In this document: one piece after another, positions 39,912 through 48,758 of the stretch
Layout of the letters: every line of letters starts with the position of its first letter
How positions within the stretch are numbered: position 1 is the stretch's first letter
Assembly (NCBI GenBank): GCA_047629055.1
Contig: JBLHWG010000001.1
Coordinates: forward strand, 1-48,758
Direction: 5' to 3'
Length of the DNA: 48,758 bases
From: Halioglobus sp.
Lineage (GTDB): Bacteria; Pseudomonadota; Gammaproteobacteria; Granulosicoccales; Granulosicoccaceae
Position numbers and translations under genes: made by a program
The notes under the pieces: model-generated
Told to the model about the DNA's origin: nothing
What the model saw: the letters and a program-made list of their open reading frames with translations, nothing else
Databases searched by the model: none

Positions 39912-41137
39912 CTCTCCTTGGGCTTCAGAGAGAACTCAACAGCTGCGAATAGCGTTATCACGATGCAAACCAACAGCATGCTGTTGAGTAATAAGGTTAG
40001 TGCGTCCATCGAAATCCGGGAAAGAATAGTAGACGCGGCAGCACCCGATAAAAGCTGAATGGTCCCCAATAATCCGGCCGACATTCCTGCTGATTGCGGT
40101 AACGATTCCAACGCAATGGCAGGTGCTATGGCCAATATTGCACCAATACAAACTAGCATCATGGAGAAGATAAACAGAAGACTAAGATAATTCCGGAGAT
40201 CCAGCACAAGCATCAATGCCAACACACAACCACAAATTAAAAATCCAAATGTAATCAGCCTGGCAACTTGCAACGATGTTCGACTAACCACTAACTTGCG
40301 GCAAATAAATCCACTCAATACATAGCCTACCGAAACTACTGAATAGGTCAGCGCATACTCAAACTCGCTAAGACCAAGGCCAATAATGAACACTTCTGAT
40401 GACAGCGTGACAAATGCCATCAGACCCGCAAAAGACAAAGCAGCGAGTAGCGCTCCAAAACGCGCCTGATGAATGGAAAAGAATGCTACGAGACTCGGCT
40501 TAAGCCTTTTAAATGGTGCCACAACTGGTCCATGTGGCCGAGTCTCCGGAATAAACAAGAAGACAAGCAACAATCCGACCAAACCAAATACAGACGACGC
40601 AAGAAAAGTTGAGCGCCATCCAAATAATCCAAACGCTACAGCACCAACGATGGGAGCTACCAGCATGACGCCTCCTAACGTACTCCCAAGAAGCGTCATC
40701 AATCGCGCTGTTTCCTTACCGTTAGTAATATCTCTAGCAACAGCACGACTCAAAACAGCCCCACTGGCACCGAACAGTCCTTGAAAAAATCGACAGATCT
40801 GTAGCATTTCAGGTGACGTACTGACCGACGCCAGCACACCCATCAACACAAACAGACTCATACCAATAAGGATAACTGGCCTGCGACCAAAAACATCGGC
40901 GAGAAAACCCACTGGGATATGCCCTAATGCATACCCCAGCAAGTAATAGCCAATAGTCGTCTGTATCAGACCCACTGATACGTTAAAAAAGTTCGCAGTT
41001 GCAGGGATAGCGGGAATGGAGGAATCTACAGCAAAGGCTGTAGTTCCCATCAACAATGCAAGTGCGACAACAACAGAGACCGAAACGTCAAAGACGGGTT
41101 TATCAGACTGTGAATCGTTCATAGAGAGGCTGGACAC
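39908..41137 (-). CDS. Bcr/CflA-family MFS transporter
   Basis: FAVDSSIPAIP, GFLADVFGRRPV, RFFQG, RAVARD, APIVG, GWRSTF, PET; about 12 hydrophobic segments. Confidence 0.9.
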   Translation of the reverse strand: MSSLSMNDSQSDKPVFDVSVSVVVALALLMGTTAFAVDSSIPAIPATANFFNVSVGLIQTTIGYYLLGYALGHIPVGFLADVFGRRPVILIGMSLFVLMGVLASVSTSPEMLQICRFFQGLFGASGAVLSRAVARDITNGKETARLMTLLGSTLGGVMLVAPIVGAVAFGLFGWRSTFLASSVFGLVGLLLVFLFIPETRPHGPVVAPFKRLKPSLVAFFSIHQARFGALLAALSFAGLMAFVTLSSEVFIIGLGLSEFEYALTYSVVSVGYVLSGFICRKLVVSRTSLQVARLITFGFLICGCVLALMLVLDLRNYLSLLFIFSMMLVCIGAILAIAPAIALESLPQSAGMSAGLLGTIQLLSGAAASTILSRISMDALTLLLNSMLLVCIVITLFAAVEFSLKPKES

Positions 41138-41188
41138 ACAGTTTCCAAATCACAGGAACTTTGCGTTGAGGCGTTAGTTTTATAAGTT

Positions 41189-42760
41189 TTAGGCAAGACG
41201 ATCCGCAGCGGGACTTTCATCCATTTGAGCTGTCAGATGATGATTTAGCCTCATCGAAAGCTCAGAGCGAACTTGTGCGTGGTCAGCGTCATCCCACAAA
41301 TTCTGAGTTTCATTCGGATCATTTTTAAGATCGTAGAGCTCTCCCCAGTCTTCATCCAGATACAGAGAGAAACGCCAACGCTTACTAATAACCGAACGCA
41401 CTCGCGCCGGTTTCGAAAATCCAAACTTGGCGGCACCGTCATTAAATTCAACCAGTAAATCGTCTCGGTGCTCGGCGCCGTTATCAATGGTCGGACGAAA
41501 GCTCTTGCCTTGAATGCCACGATACGGCTCAAGCCCTGCCCGATCTAAAATGGTTGCCGACAGATCCACAGTGGATACCATCGAATCACTCACCGCTTCT
41601 TTTCGGTGAGCAGGATCAGACCAGATAAACGGCACACGGTTAATAGATCGAAACGGCAGTAAGCCTTTGAGCAATAAATTAAATTGACCCAGATAATCTC
41701 CATGATCTGAATTAAAGCAAATCACCGTGTTTTCAAATTGCCCGCTTGCCTTCAGCGCATCAATCACTCGCCCAATTGCATCATCTACACACGTAATCAT
41801 GCCTGCGGTGAGCGCCATAGCTTCTTTAATTTGCTGATCACTTAACCGTTGCGCTGTTTGTTTGGTCATTGGCTTACTACCATCTCGCCAGTTCTGCTCA
41901 AGCCATTTCAGGGGTGGCGTCGGATTCTTATGAGCGTCATAAGGTACCTCAAGCTCGAATTCATCAGGTGAATACATATCCCAGTATTTACCCGGTGGGT
42001 TGAAAGGATGATGGGGATCCGGGAACGATACAAACGTAAAAAATGGTGTGTCATCATTATTATTCGAGCTGATATATTCGACTGCCTGATCAGCAACCCA
42101 GGAAGTTGGATACAGCTCTTCTGGGATAGGGGTTCGGTAAGCCTGTGGGCAGGTGTAGTCATGTGGTAGTTCATTAGCATCATCGTGCAAAGCTTCCCAG
42201 TCTGGACGCTGATCCCGAAACCATTGCTGGTAGTGACCACCACAGCGGTCACCGTGTGCAGTAATCATATCGACATGCTGATAGCCGTAATAAGGTGTGT
42301 CAATATCGTAGCGACCTTCACTCTGATAACTCTCAGGCTCTTCTTGAGCATAGTTTCCATCCATAGGCTTCCACGCTTCTGAGACGAGCCGTCCAATTTC
42401 GGTTTCCGGACGCCAAGGAGGTAAACCGGTAAACGGTTGCAGGTGACTTTTGCCAATGGTTGCCGTGCGATAACCACCAGCAGCCAACACATCCACGAAT
42501 GTATTCGCACTCAGTGGGAGACGGCATCCGTTTTGACGCAGCCCATGTACGCTAGGGAAACGCCCTGTTAGTAAAGACGCCCTGTTGGGCATGCAAACAG
42601 GCGATGCAACATGGAAATTTTCGAACCGAACTCCTTGTGCGGCAATGGCGTCAATATTAGGCGTCCGCACGACCGGATGACCCATACAGCCTAACCAATC
42701 AGCTCTCTGCTGATCAGTGATAAAAAACAGAAAATTCGGACGCTTACTCAAATTATTCAT
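41189..42760 (-). CDS. Cys-type (formylglycine-dependent) sulfatase-like hydrolase
   Basis: RPNFLFFITDQQR, SPVCMPNRASLLTG (CxPxR), GKSHL, SFPDPHHPF, SDHGDYLG, ELYDLKNDPNE. Confidence 0.93.
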   Translation of the reverse strand: MNNLSKRPNFLFFITDQQRADWLGCMGHPVVRTPNIDAIAAQGVRFENFHVASPVCMPNRASLLTGRFPSVHGLRQNGCRLPLSANTFVDVLAAGGYRTATIGKSHLQPFTGLPPWRPETEIGRLVSEAWKPMDGNYAQEEPESYQSEGRYDIDTPYYGYQHVDMITAHGDRCGGHYQQWFRDQRPDWEALHDDANELPHDYTCPQAYRTPIPEELYPTSWVADQAVEYISSNNNDDTPFFTFVSFPDPHHPFNPPGKYWDMYSPDEFELEVPYDAHKNPTPPLKWLEQNWRDGSKPMTKQTAQRLSDQQIKEAMALTAGMITCVDDAIGRVIDALKASGQFENTVICFNSDHGDYLGQFNLLLKGLLPFRSINRVPFIWSDPAHRKEAVSDSMVSTVDLSATILDRAGLEPYRGIQGKSFRPTIDNGAEHRDDLLVEFNDGAAKFGFSKPARVRSVISKRWRFSLYLDEDWGELYDLKNDPNETQNLWDDADHAQVRSELSMRLNHHLTAQMDESPAADRLA

Positions 42761-42762
42761 CG

Positions 42763-44796
<2,034 letters not shown>

Positions 44797-44901
44797 CTAC
44801 AGGTAGTTTTTTGATGGCAAAACCAATACGTGGTTATTGTAAGGCATCTTGAACCTAGGAATAGTTGATCTTGGCTCACGCGTCAGACGTCAAACGCGAA
44901 A

Positions 44902-45360
44902 CTACCCGAGAGGCAATGCCGTATTATGCTTTAACACTTCCATGGACAAGCTGGACGTAACGCTATAAAGATCAACAGAGGCCACAATTTTCTTGTACAG
45001 ATTGTCGAATTCCTTGGTGGATGCTACTTGCACCTTAATCAGATAGTCCGTGTCTCCCGATAGCCTGTGCGCCTCGACTATCTCGGGAAACCGGTGAATC
45101 ACTGCATTAAAATTGATCAACCATTGCTCATTGTGCTGATTTGTTTTTATCGCAATGAAAAACGTTTCGTTCAAACCGATTTTCTCGGCATCCAACACGA
45201 CTACCTGCTTCGTGATGACCCCCTCGTTTTGCAAGCGCTGGACTCGATTCCACGCGGCAGTCTTGGATAAACCCACCCCCTTGGCAAGGCGGTCCATTGA
45301 CACAGAGGCATCGCGTTGCAGCTGATTAAGAATTGCACGATCAAAGGAATCCAATTTCAT
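44902..45360 (-). CDS. Lrp/AsnC regulator, DecR(YbaO)-like
   Basis: LDSFDRAILNQLQRDAS, HNEQWL, HRLSGDTDYLIKV, FDNLYKKIV, VTSSLSMEVLKHNTALPL. Confidence 0.9.
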   Translation of the reverse strand: MKLDSFDRAILNQLQRDASVSMDRLAKGVGLSKTAAWNRVQRLQNEGVITKQVVVLDAEKIGLNETFFIAIKTNQHNEQWLINFNAVIHRFPEIVEAHRLSGDTDYLIKVQVASTKEFDNLYKKIVASVDLYSVTSSLSMEVLKHNTALPLG

Positions 45361-45517
45361 TTTTCATTCCTAAAACTAATGTCACATTAGAATTATATTC
45401 ATATTTATAACCTATAAAGCAAACTTACTACATATTTGTTCATTTTTTATGCATATAATAAGTATTTCGTTCAGAATCTTCCTTGGATATCGTAATTCTT
45501 AAGGAGTTTCCTCTGTC

Positions 45518-46597
45518 ATGTACGAGCAATTTGGAATTGAATGGCTTTCGCCGTTAGCCGCTTCCGCGGCTTTCGGCATTATTTTGGGACTGGCTTTCGG
45601 AGCAGCGGCATTTGCTACGAAATTCTGCATTCGACGCGCGCTAGTCGGAGACATTAAATCGGAGCGTTCAGCTGCACTAGCCATTTGGGCGACGGCTCTG
45701 GGTGTTGCGCTTGTCGGCACACAGCTATCCGTACTGGCAGGCTGGATTGAATTTTCAGAACACCGATTACACGTAACCAGCGTGCCCTATGCACTTATCG
45801 CAATGGGTGGTTTGCTATTTGGCGCAGGCATGGTGCTTACCCGCGGATGCGCATCCAGATTGACCGTATTGAGCGGCGGCGGAAATTTGCGAGCTTTGTT
45901 TGTCATTGTCATTTTTGCCATCACGGCCCACGCCACACTCAAAGGCATACTCTCCCCATTGCGCACTGCCCTAGCTGATTTTGTGTTCGAGACAGATATC
46001 AACGTTTTACTGATCAACTCCCCTATTGCAGTCGCAATGGTTGTGCTACCGGCTGTTGTAGCAGTGGTGTCAGTGGTTGTTCGAAGCAGCGCTACTCGAA
46101 GTCAGATTTTAGGCGGGTCCGTAATCGGTTTACTGATACCGCTAGGCTGGGTTGGAACCGGTCTGATTTTGCAGGATGACTTCGATCCTATAGTCTTCCA
46201 ATCCTTGAGCTTCACATCTCCAAGTGCTGACTGGTTATTTTGGAGCATCGCTTCAACGTCCACACGGGCAGGTTTTGGAGTGGGTTTGCTGTTTGGCGTT
46301 GTCACAGGAAGTGCAATCACAGCAGTTGCTACATCAAAGTTCCAGTGGACATCCTTTACCTCACCAGCGGAGACTGGTCGTTACTCTCTGGGCGCGGTTC
46401 TTATGGGTGTCGGTGGAGTTTTCGCAGGCGGATGCACTGTTGGCGCAGGGCTTAGTGGAGTCGCTAGCCTGAGTGTAACTGCTTTACTTGCCCTGGGATT
46501 CATCGTGATTGGAGTCAAACTGACTCATTCAGTGTTGCAATCCAGCGAAACTCGCCCCTCCTTATCGGCAGGAGCGAGATTGGTAACTGAGAACTAA
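45518..46597 (+). CDS. YeeE/YedE family sulfur-compound (thiosulfate) transporter
   Basis: Conserved Cys motifs FCIRRA, GMVLTRGCASR and LMGVGGVFAGGCTVGAG; AGGAG RBS. Confidence 0.9.
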   Translation: MYEQFGIEWLSPLAASAAFGIILGLAFGAAAFATKFCIRRALVGDIKSERSAALAIWATALGVALVGTQLSVLAGWIEFSEHRLHVTSVPYALIAMGGLLFGAGMVLTRGCASRLTVLSGGGNLRALFVIVIFAITAHATLKGILSPLRTALADFVFETDINVLLINSPIAVAMVVLPAVVAVVSVVVRSSATRSQILGGSVIGLLIPLGWVGTGLILQDDFDPIVFQSLSFTSPSADWLFWSIASTSTRAGFGVGLLFGVVTGSAITAVATSKFQWTSFTSPAETGRYSLGAVLMGVGGVFAGGCTVGAGLSGVASLSVTALLALGFIVIGVKLTHSVLQSSETRPSLSAGARLVTEN

Positions 46598-47005
46598 GGC
46601 AGCACGATTTGACCGCGAAGTTCATCAGAAGCATTTTCTGCTGAATGAACGTTCTAGTACAGTCCACCGGCCAGTGCCGTAGCTATTCCGGCTGCGTCCA
46701 ATGTATCTGAACCAGAATAATTACTGAGTTCAGATTCATTCTGAGGAAGTGCGAAGAGAACATCACCATTCTCTCCAGCAATACCTGTATGGACGTGAGC
46801 CGCTTCTGGTGTAATAACTCCCGACGTCAGAATTTGCACTCGCATGGCACCTGATGTCGTATCGAGAGTCACGTAACCAGTACCAGAACCTTGAGACGTA
46901 ACAGCAGGTACTTCATTATCACCTGAGAGGGTCACCTGAATGACGTTGATTCCAGGTCCACTCAATTGACCCCTCAGTTCTCCTGACTCATACGCAGCCG
47001 AATGA
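46594..47005 (-). pseudogene. C-terminal remnant of a multi-CHRD-domain protein
   Basis: HSAAYESGELRGQ (tail of one CHRD), then LSGDNEVPAV...AAHVHTGIAGENG...GGLY[TAG 46654]NVHSAENASDELRGQIVLP*. No 5' part. Confidence 0.8.
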
Positions 47006-47187
47006 GTTCGTGCTTTTATACATCGGTTAAATCCTGTGGTTGTATGGAGTAATCTGGTTCGTCAAGCAGACAATCTACGTTATCTTTGGTTCACAAAGTC
47101 TGGCAGGCTGACCACCTATGGTAAGAAATCGCGGACATAAGCCCATAGACTAAAAACACTGGAGCTAGTTAAAATTCAGCCAAACCG

Positions 47188-47940
47188 CTAACAATCTCTG
47201 AACAGAATCCCGCCTCTAGCAATTTCAGTAGTTGGCAATCCTAGTCGCTTGAGGCACGCATAAGCTAATGCTTGATTACTGGTTATAACTGGCTTGTTCA
47301 ATTCGGCTTCAATATCGAGCACTGCCTCTAATGAGCGGTAGTCTGTACACGAAATTACAATTGCCTCAGCATCTTCACAATTCACTTTACATGCCATTTC
47401 AAAAGCATCCTGTGGTGTCAGCGCATTCTGCTCCAGGCTACTCAGTTCCTGTTCGAAGGCGAGTTCATTAACCACATTAATACCACTTTGGTCAAGGAAC
47501 CGAACCGCCTCAGCACTCAATCGTTTCACATACGGGGAGGTAAAGGCAACTCGTTTAATGTTTAAAGCCTTGAGCGCCTCTATCAGAGCACCGGCTGTTG
47601 TCACGGTTGGTTTACCCGTTTTTTCGGTCAAACCACGGCAAAATTCCGCATCAAAAACAGGCCCCTCGGACAGCGTCGCCGATGTGCAACCATAAGCAAT
47701 GACGTCCATTCGCGAATCTGCCAGGTCCGCAAGATTCTGGTCTAGAGATTGACGCACAAATTTCTGCATCTCATCTGAGTCCGGTATTGCATTAATATCA
47801 TATCCACCGCTGCGAACACTGTGCACAGTAACACCAGCAGGACATAGCAATTGGAAATCAGGTTCAACATTAGTATTGGACGATGGGACGATTAATCCGA
47901 TACGGTGTGTTCGTGCCGCATACTCGATTTCCCTGATCAT
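47188..47940 (-). CDS. Maleate cis-trans isomerase / Asp-Glu racemase superfamily protein
   Basis: RIGLIVPSSNTNVEPD, AYGCTS, TSPY, ISCTDY, KPVITSNQA (two catalytic-type Cys). Confidence 0.88.
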   Translation of the reverse strand: MIREIEYAARTHRIGLIVPSSNTNVEPDFQLLCPAGVTVHSVRSGGYDINAIPDSDEMQKFVRQSLDQNLADLADSRMDVIAYGCTSATLSEGPVFDAEFCRGLTEKTGKPTVTTAGALIEALKALNIKRVAFTSPYVKRLSAEAVRFLDQSGINVVNELAFEQELSSLEQNALTPQDAFEMACKVNCEDAEAIVISCTDYRSLEAVLDIEAELNKPVITSNQALAYACLKRLGLPTTEIARGGILFRDC

Positions 47941-47992
47941 AACTTACAACCTTTTCAACAGAGATGAGGCTGGTTTAACTTTCGTACTGCAT

Positions 47993-48758
47993 TCAATGCC
48001 AAGTTTTTTCAACCACACGCATAAAATTCTCACCTAAAAAACCTTGCAGCTGTGCGTCACTCCATCCTCGAGCCTGAAGAATAACCAACGCATCAATTAA
48101 CTGATTGGGAGAGAAAATTTTAAGCTCTGGCGTATCGTACTGTTGACCCGCTGGCCAGTAATCTGGACGACTACTTAGAATCGCACCCAAATCAGTTGCT
48201 GATTTCATGCGCGGCTTCCAATCTAAACCAAAGCAGACGTATTCTGGTGCCGTAAGATCTGCGATGTAACAAACATGATTGGCAAACGTTTCAGCACTGA
48301 CATCGTTGTCACCTAAGAAAATGCCCATGCCATTCACGCCAATAACACCACCTTTTTCAGCACAGGCTTTAATCTGTTCGTCTTTAATATTGCGCTCGTG
48401 ATCCCATAGGTTTCTGGGGTTGGAATGTGTAAACACGACAGGTTTTTCTGATAACTCAATGATATCCATACTTGACAGATATCCAACGTGTGACAAATCG
48501 ATGGTCATGCCGATTCGATTCATTTCTTTAACCACAGATTTCCCAAAATCTGTCAGACCATGATCGACGTCGTGACAACCACTACTTCCAGCATTGTTCA
48601 AGTTATAGGCAAACAGCATCTGCCTGACACCCAGGTCGTAATACACGGACACCATGCCGACATCATTATTCAAGGCTTTGAGCCCTTCAATATCAAAAGA
48701 GACAGCAAGCTTTCCTGTTTGTTTCGCATGCTTCACATCATCCAGATTATCAATAAGG
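47993..48758 (-). CDS. Membrane (renal) dipeptidase family M19 metallohydrolase; 5' end beyond the window
   Basis: FDIEG, LGVRQM, GLTDFGKSVVKEMNRIGMTIDLSH, FTHSNP, RNIKDEQIK, LGENFMRV. Frame stays open to the right edge. Confidence 0.88.
   Translation of the reverse strand, partial: LIDNLDDVKHAKQTGKLAVSFDIEGLKALNNDVGMVSVYYDLGVRQMLFAYNLNNAGSSGCHDVDHGLTDFGKSVVKEMNRIGMTIDLSHVGYLSSMDIIELSEKPVVFTHSNPRNLWDHERNIKDEQIKACAEKGGVIGVNGMGIFLGDNDVSAETFANHVCYIADLTAPEYVCFGLDWKPRMKSATDLGAILSSRPDYWPAGQQYDTPELKIFSPNQLIDALVILQARGWSDAQLQGFLGENFMRVVEKTWH

Overview
Bacterial chromosomal DNA, probably a marine or environmental proteobacterium (inferred from gene content), densely packed with catabolic and transport genes. 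I found no rRNA, tRNA, CRISPR, phage or transposase. Left to right: (1) an erythritol/polyol locus (eryD, five-gene CUT1 ABC transporter, eryA, a D-2-hydroxyacid dehydrogenase, eryB cut by the window edge) with a divergent class II aldolase; (2) a methylthioribose/5-deoxypentose module (mtnK-mtnA-SorC regulator, divergent CUT2 ABC importer); (3) a 3.5 kb decayed tract (TctA-like tail, sulfatase fragment joined by deletion to a headless iorA, frameshifted iorB); (4) a Tat-exported cyclase, MhpA-like monooxygenase and glutathionyl-hydroquinone reductase; (5) ald and Lrp; (6) PhzS-like monooxygenase, SDR and LysR with a divergent atypical ThDP enzyme; (7) an isolated soxW thioredoxin bracketed by two related palindromes; (8) sarcosine oxidase soxBDAG divergent from an amidinotransferase-family pseudogene; (9) fadH-sulfatase-MFS; (10) Lrp and YeeE; (11) a CHRD remnant, a maleate isomerase-family gene and a membrane dipeptidase cut by the edge. 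Best candidates for undescribed biology are the regulated 5-deoxypentose uptake/DHAP-shunt-like module, the palindrome-bracketed soxW, the two orphan oxidative modules and the amidinotransferase/sarcosine oxidase pairing. All product calls come from motif recognition by eye; no database search was run.
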